46,650 nt of DNA from Eubacteriales bacterium (GTDB taxonomy: Bacteria > Bacillota > Clostridia > Saccharofermentanales > DTU023). The translations under genes were made by a program, and so were the position numbers. Each line of letters begins with the position of its first letter. The first letter of the stretch is position 1. Below, one piece after another: positions 1-7,879 of this stretch. The stretch is from positions 1-46,650 of the forward strand of contig JAQWBU010000002.1 of the NCBI GenBank assembly GCA_028706195.1, in the 5' to 3' direction. The notes beneath the pieces were generated by a model that saw only the letters and a list, made by a program, of their open reading frames with translations, had not been told where the DNA came from and did not search any database.

Positions 1-130
1 AAATTTTTTTATAAAGCAATACTCGCTTCAGTATCATGCATAAACTGACAATGCACTGTGTCATTTATCACGCTGTAAGATATATTAAACCAATTGAATG
101 GAATTGTTAAATCAAAATTGCCATCTGCAT

Positions 131-766
131 CTAGGGTCTCTGCCCCGGGTCGGAACCGGTGATCAAATCTCCTTCATAGTCAACTATACCTCCGGCATCT
201 ATGACAACAGCATAGCCCAGATCCCGAACTTGTTTAGCTGCGGCCGCGGAGCGGTTTCCCGTGCGACAGTAGAGCAGCAAAACAGCTTCACGCTCCGGAA
301 TTTCAACAAGAATACGGTCTGCAATTTCATCCGGGGGCATCAGGATGGCACCGCTAATATGGCCTGCTGTATATTCCCCTTCAGAGCGGACGTCGATCAA
401 AAAGGCATTCTCACCTAGGTGCCAGGCAATTCTCTCCGCAACGTTCGGATTGGTGACAACAGAAGCTTTTTCTTCTATCAGTTCAACAGATTTAGCATCC
501 GTTTGCGGCGGATAACTTTCTCTGATTTCACCACTTAAGCGGATTTTTGCCAGACTGCCCACCGGAGGCTGCTCCAGATTTTCGGGAAAATAACTGGTGA
601 CCAGATCCCCGACCTGTCGCGAAAAATCATCCGTTGACACGACCAAATAAGAATTTGCTCTCAGCCGGACGGCTTCTATCTCAAAGTCATTTGTGCCGCC
701 ACATGCAAACAGACTGAGACTTAAGACTGTGCTCAGGGCAAAGACAAGATAACGCTTTATGTTCAT
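131..766 (-). CDS. Lipoprotein: DUF3221-like N-terminal domain fused to a C-terminal rhodanese (sulfurtransferase) domain
   Basis: 211-aa ORF. Signal peptide with lipobox LFAC-GG. Motif IRESYPPQ is typical of DUF3221/YobA-like lipoproteins. C-terminal rhodanese fold has the active-site loop CRTGNRS. GGAGG lies 7 nt upstream of the ATG. Confidence 0.8.
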   Translation of the reverse strand: MNIKRYLVFALSTVLSLSLFACGGTNDFEIEAVRLRANSYLVVSTDDFSRQVGDLVTSYFPENLEQPPVGSLAKIRLSGEIRESYPPQTDAKSVELIEEKASVVTNPNVAERIAWHLGENAFLIDVRSEGEYTAGHISGAILMPPDEIADRILVEIPEREAVLLLYCRTGNRSAAAAKQVRDLGYAVVIDAGGIVDYEGDLITGSDPGQRP

Positions 767-846
767 ATAGCTGCCTCCTCGCTAATTTTTTGAATGCTAA
801 GTATACTATATTGATCAGCTGATTATTCGACCAGGGATACGATCCT

Positions 847-874
847 TTAAATTAAGCCGGAATTAATATAGAAT
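847..874 (+). promoter_or_regulatory. Putative sigma-A promoter of the SRP RNA gene
   Basis: TTAAAT (847-852), 16-nt spacer, TAGAAT (869-874). The predicted start at about 881 lies just before the SRP RNA helix. Confidence 0.4.
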
Positions 875-884
875 ATACGGGAAT

Positions 885-1042
885 AGTACACGGATCGCCG
901 CGTTTGAGTCGCAACCGATCGTGGGTCCCGTGCGATGTGGCCCGTGAAACCCGTCAGATCCGGAAGGAAGCAGCGGTAAGCGATCAACCACATGTGCCGC
1001 GGGGAAACCTGCCTCGGTTGTGACTCAGAGGCGGCGATTTTC
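885..1042 (+). ncRNA. ffs: Signal recognition particle RNA (small 4.5S/scRNA type, about 150 nt hairpin)
   Basis: Conserved domain IV sequence GTCAGATCCGGAAGGAAGCAGC at 953-974 with the GGAA tetraloop. A long closing helix pairs ATCGCCGCGTTTGAGTCGCAACCG (894-917) with CGGTTGTGACTCAGAGGCGGCGAT (1014-1037), followed by TTTT. The position immediately upstream of dnaX matches Firmicutes synteny. Confidence 0.88.
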
Positions 1043-1059
1043 ATGGAAGCGAGGTCAGC

Positions 1060-2745
1060 TTGTCCACTACTGAAAAAATGGCGCTTTATCGCCAGTGGCG
1101 TCCGCAAAATTTTCGTGATGTTGTAGCACAAATACAAGTAGTTTATCCGTTGCAGCAAAGCGTACGCAATGGACGTTTTGCTCATGCCTTCCTATTTAGC
1201 GGCACCAGAGGAACGGGAAAAACATCAGTTGCGAAAATTTTCGCTAAGGCTATAAATTGTCTGAATCCGGATGACGGTAACCCTTGTAATGAGTGTGAAA
1301 TCTGTCTGGCTGCGAACAACGGCTCCCTGATGGACATTCAGGAAATCGACGCCGCTTCCAACAACGGTGTCGATGATGTGAGACGTCTGACGTCGGAAAT
1401 CATCTTCACTCCTGTTCTGGCTGATTATAAAGTTTACATAATTGACGAAGCTCACATGCTTTCACAACAGGCTTTCAATGCCTTATTGAAAACACTGGAG
1501 GAGCCTCCGGCTCACGCTGTATTCATACTGGCTACCACAGAACCGCATCGCATCCCGGCAACAATATTGTCCCGCTGCCAGCATTATGAGTTCAGGCGTA
1601 TCAATCAGGAGGATATTGTGAAACGTCTGCGTATAATCGCTGATGAACTCTCACTTTCCATCTCTGATGATGCTCTAGCTGTCATAGCGCAGCTCGCAAA
1701 CGGCGGCATGCGTGATGCGATCAGCTTGCTGGATCAGGTACGTCAAATTTCGGGGGATATTTCCCGTGATGAAGTTCTGCAAATGGCCGGACGTGTCCCG
1801 GATCAGTTTCTGCATACAGTGGCGGCTGCGATCCTGCATTATGATCCGGATGTACTTTTGCACTCTATTCAAGAGCTCGTAATGAGCGGTCGTGATTTGA
1901 CACGTTTTCTGCTTGATCTCTCCGCTTATATGAGAAATCTCCTCATAGCCAAAGTGTCCCGCAATCCTGCGGAGCTGATCCAGATGACAAGCGCAGGACT
2001 GGCACAGCTGAGTGAACTGGCAGCTCAATCTTCGACTGAAGTGATAAGTGAGAGTATTGCCTCTCTGGCGCGCCTTAGTTCCGACTTACGCTTTTCACCT
2101 GATATTCGCACCAGTATGGAAATTGGCCTGCTGGCACTGGCCACGCGGCTCGGAAACGGAAATATTGCGCAAACAGAGCTCCAGGAACAACACCCGATAC
2201 AGGCATCAAGGAAAGAAAGCCCTAAACATAAAGCAAAAGCCACTCTGAAGTCCGCTCCAAGAGAACCTGTGGTCGAAACCGGAGCTGCAGAAGAACTTAC
2301 GACTGCTGAAGCACCTGAGCCGATGGAAGGAACAAAAGCCGCAAAAACTGCAGCTGTTCCTTCACTGGTTCATGAGGATGAGACCTTGCGCATCTGGCAG
2401 GATGTTCTGGAAGCGATCAAAGAAGAACATCTTATGGATCTCTCCCTGATGGCGCGCCCTGCTAAAGTAAGCCGTAAGGACAAGGTCTGGACTTTGGCTT
2501 TTGACCACTCATTGGCAGGACAGTATGCTTGCATCAATGAAGCCGATTCGCGCGCCACTATTCGAAGAATTTTGGCTGAGTGTGTAGGCGCGAATGTTGA
2601 ATTGAATGTCATTTTGGAGGATGAGCCCGGCGCTGAAGCTGTTACAGCAGAAGAAGACTGGATGCGGAAATTAAAGGAAATTACAGATAAAAGATCAATT
2701 CCTCTTCACATTGATGAAGAATTACTAAACGGAGGTAATAAATAA
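1060..2745 (+). CDS. dnaX: DNA polymerase III subunit gamma/tau
   Basis: 561 aa. N-terminus YRQWRPQNFRDVV, Walker A GTRGTGKTS, zinc module CNECEIC, Walker B YIIDEAHML, and SRC motif LSRCQ. TTG start has GAGG 5 nt upstream. Confidence 0.95.
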   Translation: MSTTEKMALYRQWRPQNFRDVVAQIQVVYPLQQSVRNGRFAHAFLFSGTRGTGKTSVAKIFAKAINCLNPDDGNPCNECEICLAANNGSLMDIQEIDAASNNGVDDVRRLTSEIIFTPVLADYKVYIIDEAHMLSQQAFNALLKTLEEPPAHAVFILATTEPHRIPATILSRCQHYEFRRINQEDIVKRLRIIADELSLSISDDALAVIAQLANGGMRDAISLLDQVRQISGDISRDEVLQMAGRVPDQFLHTVAAAILHYDPDVLLHSIQELVMSGRDLTRFLLDLSAYMRNLLIAKVSRNPAELIQMTSAGLAQLSELAAQSSTEVISESIASLARLSSDLRFSPDIRTSMEIGLLALATRLGNGNIAQTELQEQHPIQASRKESPKHKAKATLKSAPREPVVETGAAEELTTAEAPEPMEGTKAAKTAAVPSLVHEDETLRIWQDVLEAIKEEHLMDLSLMARPAKVSRKDKVWTLAFDHSLAGQYACINEADSRATIRRILAECVGANVELNVILEDEPGAEAVTAEEDWMRKLKEITDKRSIPLHIDEELLNGGNK

Positions 2746-3113
2746 TGGCAAAAGGACGAGGTGGATATCCACGAGGTGGCGGCAGAGCCCGCGGCGGCGG
2801 TGGAAACCAGATGGATCAACTGATGCGCCAAGCACAACAAATGCAGGAAGAGCTTGCCAAAGCGCAGGAAGAAGCAGCTGAAATGACTGCTGAATCTACC
2901 GCTGGCGGTGGTGTTGTACGCGCTGTCGTCTCCGGGAGCCATCAAGTCATCGAGCTTGAGATTAATCCTGACGTAGTCGATGCCGAGGATGTTGAAATGT
3001 TGCAAGATCTCATCAGTGCAGCTATAAATGACGCAATGCGTCAGCTCGATGAAAAAGTTGAAGCCCGCATGTCACAGGTTACCGGCGGCAACTTAAATAT
3101 TCCCGGTTTTTAA
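2745..3113 (+). CDS. ybaB: YbaB/EbfC-family nucleoid-associated protein with an Arg/Gly-rich N-terminal extension
   Basis: 122 aa. Core LMRQAQQMQEELAKAQEE...VSGSHQVIELEINPDVV is typical of YbaB. TAATG overlap with dnaX. Conserved dnaX-ybaB-recR order. Confidence 0.92.
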   Translation: MAKGRGGYPRGGGRARGGGGNQMDQLMRQAQQMQEELAKAQEEAAEMTAESTAGGGVVRAVVSGSHQVIELEINPDVVDAEDVEMLQDLISAAINDAMRQLDEKVEARMSQVTGGNLNIPGF

Positions 3114-3116
3114 CAC

Positions 3117-3722
3117 ATGGCAATGCGCTTTAGTCCCGCGATCACTCGTTTGATTGCGGAGTTAAATAAATTGCCGGGCATTGGTGCCAAGACAGCTCAA
3201 CGCCTGGCATTTCACATACTGGCACAGGATAACGAGCAGGCGCTGGCTTTAGCTGATGCTATCAGGGATGCAAAGCAAGATGTTACACTCTGCTCCGAAT
3301 GCTGTAATCTGACTGAAGATGATCCCTGTGACATCTGCAGATCTCAGAACCGTGATCGCAGTGTTGTATGTGTCGTAGAAAATCCCCGTGATGTTTCTGT
3401 TATGGAACGTGTGCAAAATTTTGACGGGCTTTATCATGTCCTGCATGGCGCGATTTCCCCGATGGAAGATATCGGTCCAGAAGACATCAAACTGCGGGAA
3501 CTTCTGCAGAGATTGCAACAGCATCAGGAAATTGAAGAGATTATCCTGGCGATGAATCCCAGTATCGAAGGTGAAGCAACGGCTCTTTATATTGCCCGGC
3601 TTTTACATAAGACAGGTATTAAGACGACCCAGCTCTCTCACGGTATTCCCATGGGAGCAGATCTGGAATACGCTGACGCTGAAACTTTGAGCAGAGCCTT
3701 GAAAAACAGACAGGAGTTGTAG
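3117..3722 (+). CDS. recR: Recombination protein RecR
   Basis: 201 aa. HhH motif LPGIGAKTAQRLAF, C4 zinc finger CSECCNLTEDDPCDIC, and a Toprim region. Confidence 0.96.
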   Translation: MAMRFSPAITRLIAELNKLPGIGAKTAQRLAFHILAQDNEQALALADAIRDAKQDVTLCSECCNLTEDDPCDICRSQNRDRSVVCVVENPRDVSVMERVQNFDGLYHVLHGAISPMEDIGPEDIKLRELLQRLQQHQEIEEIILAMNPSIEGEATALYIARLLHKTGIKTTQLSHGIPMGADLEYADAETLSRALKNRQEL

Positions 3723-3727
3723 ATCTC

Positions 3728-4966
3728 ATGAAAGCAAATTCAGTGATTACATATGATGTTGTGCGAGAACGCTTTTCACGTTACATTGCCGTTGACACTC
3801 GTTCCGACCCGCAGAACAGCAGCGAAACACCCAGTAGCAAAGGTCAGCTGAACCTGGCGCGTTTACTTTATCAGGAATTACAGGATATGGGTCTGGAAGC
3901 TTATTTGGATGAAAAGCACGCATATGTTTATGGTCGGCTGCCCGGAAACAAGCCGGATGTCCCTGCGATCGGTTTTCTGGCACATCTGGATACAGCCCCG
4001 GACATGCCGGGAGTCACGACAGAACCACATATTTTCATTTACGAAGGCGGAGATATTCGCTTAAATGATGAGTTCAGCATCGAAGTTGACAGTTTTCCTT
4101 TTCTCAGTGATCTGATCGGAGAAGAGATAATAACCAGCGACGGCACTGCCTTACTGGGTGCTGACAATAAAGCCGGCATTGTTTCCATCATGGAAGCGCT
4201 GGATTATTTAAGAGCTCACCCGGAAATCGAGCGTGGTGATATCGCTGTCGCCTTCACTCCTGATGAAGAAATCGGTCATGGAGCCAGCCTTTTGGATTTG
4301 GACCGTTTCGGCGCTGATTTCGCCTACACCATGGATGGCGGTCCGATCGGTGACTTCAACTATGAAACATTTAATGCTGCCAGTGCCAAGATTAAAATTC
4401 AGGAACGCAATGTGCACCCCGGCACCGCTAAGCACACTATGATACATGCAGCCTTGATCGGAATGGAGTTACACAGCCTCCTCCCTGCGGGAGAGCGTCC
4501 GGAGTGGACAGAAGGGCACGACGGCTTTTTTCTACTGACTGATTTCAACGGTACAGTTGAAGAAGCGAAGTTGGAATACATTATTCGCGATCATGACAAG
4601 GATCTGTTTAAGAAAAAGAAAGACTTACTTGAAGATATCGTAGAGTTCCTTAATAAAAAATACGGTCAAAGAGTCAGCCTTGAAATCGAAGATTCTTATT
4701 ACAATATGCTCGATGTGATACAGGATTCCAGACATGTTATCGACCTGGCCCGTACCGCTATGAAGGAAGTGGATATCGAGATCAGTGAGGAACCCATTCG
4801 CGGCGGAACTGATGGTGCTCAGCTGACTTACCGCGGGCTGCCCTGTCCGAACATTTTTGTCGGCGGCTACAATTATCACGGCCGTTATGAATTAGTACTG
4901 ACTCGCGGTATGGCGCTGGCGGCTGAAGTAATCATCAAGATCGCAGAACTGAACGCAGCTCAGTAA
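3728..4966 (+). CDS. pepT: Peptidase T (tripeptide aminopeptidase, M20B)
   Basis: 412 aa. Motifs FLAHLDTAPD, LGADNKAG, FTPDEEIG and GGTDGAQL are characteristic of PepT. Confidence 0.92.
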   Translation: MKANSVITYDVVRERFSRYIAVDTRSDPQNSSETPSSKGQLNLARLLYQELQDMGLEAYLDEKHAYVYGRLPGNKPDVPAIGFLAHLDTAPDMPGVTTEPHIFIYEGGDIRLNDEFSIEVDSFPFLSDLIGEEIITSDGTALLGADNKAGIVSIMEALDYLRAHPEIERGDIAVAFTPDEEIGHGASLLDLDRFGADFAYTMDGGPIGDFNYETFNAASAKIKIQERNVHPGTAKHTMIHAALIGMELHSLLPAGERPEWTEGHDGFFLLTDFNGTVEEAKLEYIIRDHDKDLFKKKKDLLEDIVEFLNKKYGQRVSLEIEDSYYNMLDVIQDSRHVIDLARTAMKEVDIEISEEPIRGGTDGAQLTYRGLPCPNIFVGGYNYHGRYELVLTRGMALAAEVIIKIAELNAAQ

Positions 4967-4993
4967 TACAGTCACAAGCAAATAATGAACATT

Positions 4994-5030
4994 AAAAAAG
5001 ATGGCCGGGAATCCCGGCCATCTTCATATT
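4994..5030. terminator. Bidirectional intrinsic terminator between convergent pepT and divIC-like genes
   Basis: Perfect 11-bp stem AGATGGCCGGG/CCCGGCCATCT (4999-5023) with a 3-nt loop. It has an A-run on the left and a T-rich stretch on the right. Confidence 0.8.
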
Positions 5031-5049
5031 TATCTATTTTAAACTTAGC

Positions 5050-5388
5050 TCATTTGCTGATTATGAGAGTGTCTTCTGGACGGCACATATTGAGATAATC
5101 GCGTGCGATGCTTTCGATGTATTCATCCGAATCGAGCATCTCATACTGCCTGCACAAATCGTCATACTCTTCATAGAGAGAACTCATCTGACGCTGCAGC
5201 TGTTCTTGCTCCAGATGCAATCTTTGATATTCTTCTTCCTGCTGGAAATAGAGATTAGTGCAGACTGCGGTTACGAGTACGATCATGACTCCCAGACACA
5301 AGCGCAAAAGGTAAGCACGCGTGGAACGATTGCGAGCTTTGTTTGCTCCAGGCAAATTTTCACTGTTTTTCTTTGCCTTTTTCACCAC
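5050..5388 (-). CDS. Septum formation initiator family protein (FtsB/DivIC-like)
   Basis: 112 aa. Basic N-terminus, one TM segment (LLRLCLGVMIVLVTAV), a coiled coil, and a C-terminal EYIESIARDYLNMCRPEDTLI motif. GTG start has AGGAG 7 nt upstream. The position after mazG-yabO matches Bacillus synteny. Confidence 0.8.
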   Translation of the reverse strand: MVKKAKKNSENLPGANKARNRSTRAYLLRLCLGVMIVLVTAVCTNLYFQQEEEYQRLHLEQEQLQRQMSSLYEEYDDLCRQYEMLDSDEYIESIARDYLNMCRPEDTLIISK

Positions 5389-5530
5389 GCCTGATCTCCT
5401 GTCGTATAGACATCTACTCTAGTTTACAGTCATGGTAAAGTAGTTTGTTCGGTTTTGCAAGTGCTTAGAGAATATTTATCCGGATTTAAGGGAAATATCA
5501 GCAAGATGTTACTCAAATGTTATATGCACC

Positions 5531-5779
5531 TTATTCAGTCTCAAGCAATTCATAAAGAGATTCCGCTTCTTCTTTGCGGGCTGAGGGGCGCATTTCCAGG
5601 ACGCGCACTTTCGTTTTTCCCTGTCCAAAACCGATTTCCAGTATATCGCCAACTTTCAGTTCTGTGCCGGGCTTGGCTTTCACTCCGTTAACAGTTATCC
5701 TGCCGGCGTCAGCTATTTCCTTTGCTACTGTACGACGTTTCACTATACGTGAAACTTTTAAGAATTTGTCCAACCTCAT
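5531..5779 (-). CDS. S4-domain RNA-binding protein (YabO/Hsp15-like)
   Basis: 82 aa. [21 protein letters not shown]...GRITVNG is a canonical S4 domain. ATGA overlap with the mazG stop. Confidence 0.88.
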   Translation of the reverse strand: MRLDKFLKVSRIVKRRTVAKEIADAGRITVNGVKAKPGTELKVGDILEIGFGQGKTKVRVLEMRPSARKEEAESLYELLETE

Positions 5780-6642
5780 TCTGTTTTCTCCTCTCTCTCA
5801 CGTCTCTTGGCTTCATCCCAATAGTGGTCCAAGATTTTGAGAGATAATCCTGAGTCTATATCCACTCCCTCTTCTGCTGCAATCTCTTCCATGCTCTGGA
5901 AACGGCGGATGAAATTATCCGAGCAGCCTGAAAGCGCCGATTCAGGTTCGATCTTATTCAGACGCAGATAATTTACTACAGCGAACAGCAGGTCTCCGGC
6001 CTCAGCCTGAATAGCTCGTTCCACTGCTTTATCCTGAGAAGGTGTAGCAACTTCTTCGCGGCGCGAAAGCTCCTGCTCCAGCTCTGCCAGCTCTTCCTGC
6101 ATCTTATCACGTGCACCCTGAGGTGTCGGCCAGTCGAAGCCCACCTTAGCAGCCCGTTTCTGAAGCTTGGCCGCTCGCATCAGCGCCGGCATAGCGCGGG
6201 GTACATCTGTCAGCATTTGCGATGCTTTATCATAATTCCGCTCTATTTTCTTATTTTTGGCCCAGGTGTCCAGCCCTTCTTCAGCCGTAAGAGCGCAGTC
6301 ATCCCCAAATAGATGCGTGTGGCGGGAAATAAGTTTTTTGCATATCCCTGTAACTACATCCGAAAAGTCAAAAGCCTCATTCTCTTCTGCTATCTGGGCA
6401 TGAAAGACAACTTGCATCAATACGTCGCCCAGCTCCTCGCACAGCTTGGCCTCATCCTGCATCTGGATAGCGTCAACTGCTTCATAAGCTTCCTCCAGCA
6501 TGTTTTCCTGAATAGTCTCATGATCCTGAGCGCGATCCCAGGGGCAGCCGTTCTCACTGCGCAGAAATATCATCAGACCCAGCAAATCCTGAATATCATA
6601 AGTATCTTTTTGCTGAAATTCCTTATCCTTCGGATCAATCAT
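5776..6642 (-). CDS. mazG: MazG-family nucleoside triphosphate pyrophosphohydrolase (tandem MazG domains)
   Basis: 288 aa. Two MazG repeats with the EExxE/EExGD signature ([10 protein letters not shown]...EELGDVL; ELAELEQE...EAGDLLF). CPWD motif. Confidence 0.9.
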   Translation of the reverse strand: MIDPKDKEFQQKDTYDIQDLLGLMIFLRSENGCPWDRAQDHETIQENMLEEAYEAVDAIQMQDEAKLCEELGDVLMQVVFHAQIAEENEAFDFSDVVTGICKKLISRHTHLFGDDCALTAEEGLDTWAKNKKIERNYDKASQMLTDVPRAMPALMRAAKLQKRAAKVGFDWPTPQGARDKMQEELAELEQELSRREEVATPSQDKAVERAIQAEAGDLLFAVVNYLRLNKIEPESALSGCSDNFIRRFQSMEEIAAEEGVDIDSGLSLKILDHYWDEAKRREREEKTE

Positions 6643-6826
6643 GATGAATGTCCTTCCTCGTTAATCTAGAAGTCAAGTTATTGTACCAAATTAAGTATAC
6701 CGATCTAAGATAACTTGTGTTGTTCATTTTTTATTCTATAATGGTTCGGAAAGTCAATTGTTTAAAATTTGTGGAAAATTAGTTTTAATATACTTTCTTA
6801 TATTTTTAATAGAAATTGGAGCTGTT

Positions 6827-7879
6827 ATGAGCAAAAAACCTGTCCTCTTACTCTCAACCGATCTTACTAATCCCTGGCACAATTTGGCGCTGGAAGATTA
6901 TCTCATGGGCCTTTGTGAAAGTGATGCCGATAAGTCGGAAGAAAGGCGCTACAGCGCAATTCTTTTCCTCTGGCAAAATGCGAATACTGTTGTGATCGGC
7001 AGAAATCAGAATGCCTGGGCCGAGTGTCGCTGCACACTATTGGAAGAAGACGGCGGATATCTGGCACGGCGCAGCACCGGGGGCGGTGCTGTTTATCATG
7101 ATTTGGGCAATCTCAATTTTTCAATCATTCTGCCACAGTCCAAACTTGATCTGGATGAAAGCTTCAAAGTAATTCTGGACGCAGCAGTGGATTTGGGTAT
7201 TGAAGCTGAACGCAGCGGCCGCAACGATATTCTTATAGCAGGGAAAAAATTCTCAGGCAATGCTTTCCGTTTCTCACATGGCGTGGGACTGCATCACGGC
7301 ACCCTGATGCTGAATTCCAATTTCGAACGTCTGGTACATTTCCTCACGGTATCTGACGTCAAGTTGAAATCCAAGGCTATCGCTTCAGTGCGTTCCCGGG
7401 TGGGAAACCTGCGCGACGTCTTGCCCGGGCTGACACTTCCGGAACTGGCAGAGGCCGTAAACAAATCTTTTGTCGAGCGTTACGGGCAGGGCCACAATAT
7501 TGAGAGATTAACTATTGATGAGTTTAAGCGTGATGACAGGCTGGTAGCACTGGAGGAAAAGTATAGTTCCTGGGACTGGCGCTATGGCAAGACTGTGCCC
7601 TTCGATCTGGAGATTGATACAGGGCGGCTGCCCTGGGGTGAAGCCAAGCTGGGCTTTGAAATCAGGCAGGGCAAAATCGTTAATGTCCTGGTTTATAGTG
7701 ATGCGCTCGATGGCGATTTCATTGATGACATCGGCGAAGTGCTGCAAGGAGCCAGACTGGACGCTGAAGACATGTCGGCGCGTCTTAATCAGCTGGTCGA
7801 TCGGGGAGTGGAGATACTCACTCCCCGACAACAAATGGTTGAGGATCTGATTAAAACTTTAAGAGTTCAGCTCTCCTAG
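6827..7879 (+). CDS. lplA: Lipoate-protein ligase A
   Basis: ORF track begins at 6758, but the ATG at 6827 has GGAG 6 nt upstream. The earlier residues look like a hydrophobic read-in. Motifs RRSTGGGAVYHDLGNLNFS and KFSGNA (lipoyl-AMP binding lysine). Confidence 0.9.
   Translation: MSKKPVLLLSTDLTNPWHNLALEDYLMGLCESDADKSEERRYSAILFLWQNANTVVIGRNQNAWAECRCTLLEEDGGYLARRSTGGGAVYHDLGNLNFSIILPQSKLDLDESFKVILDAAVDLGIEAERSGRNDILIAGKKFSGNAFRFSHGVGLHHGTLMLNSNFERLVHFLTVSDVKLKSKAIASVRSRVGNLRDVLPGLTLPELAEAVNKSFVERYGQGHNIERLTIDEFKRDDRLVALEEKYSSWDWRYGKTVPFDLEIDTGRLPWGEAKLGFEIRQGKIVNVLVYSDALDGDFIDDIGEVLQGARLDAEDMSARLNQLVDRGVEILTPRQQMVEDLIKTLRVQLS

Noticed and set aside
98-418. 106-aa plus-strand ORF
   Set aside because: It lies entirely antisense within the rhodanese lipoprotein gene, which has clear domain signatures.
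847-1185. 112-aa minus-strand ORF
   Set aside because: It lies antisense across the SRP RNA gene and the dnaX start. It has no RBS and an odd composition. The region is fully explained by ffs and dnaX.
1060-2745. Programmed -1 frameshift site in dnaX (tau/gamma)
   Set aside because: I saw no A AAA AAG-type slippery heptamer with a downstream hairpin. That mechanism is characteristic of enterobacteria and is not expected here.
6758-6826. N-terminal extensions in the ORF track (lplA 6758, hutU 17925, HTH protein 23859, upp 33548, lpdA 40792)
   Set aside because: In each case a downstream ATG has a properly spaced Shine-Dalgarno sequence and gives the family-typical N-terminus. The extensions lack an RBS and add non-conserved residues.
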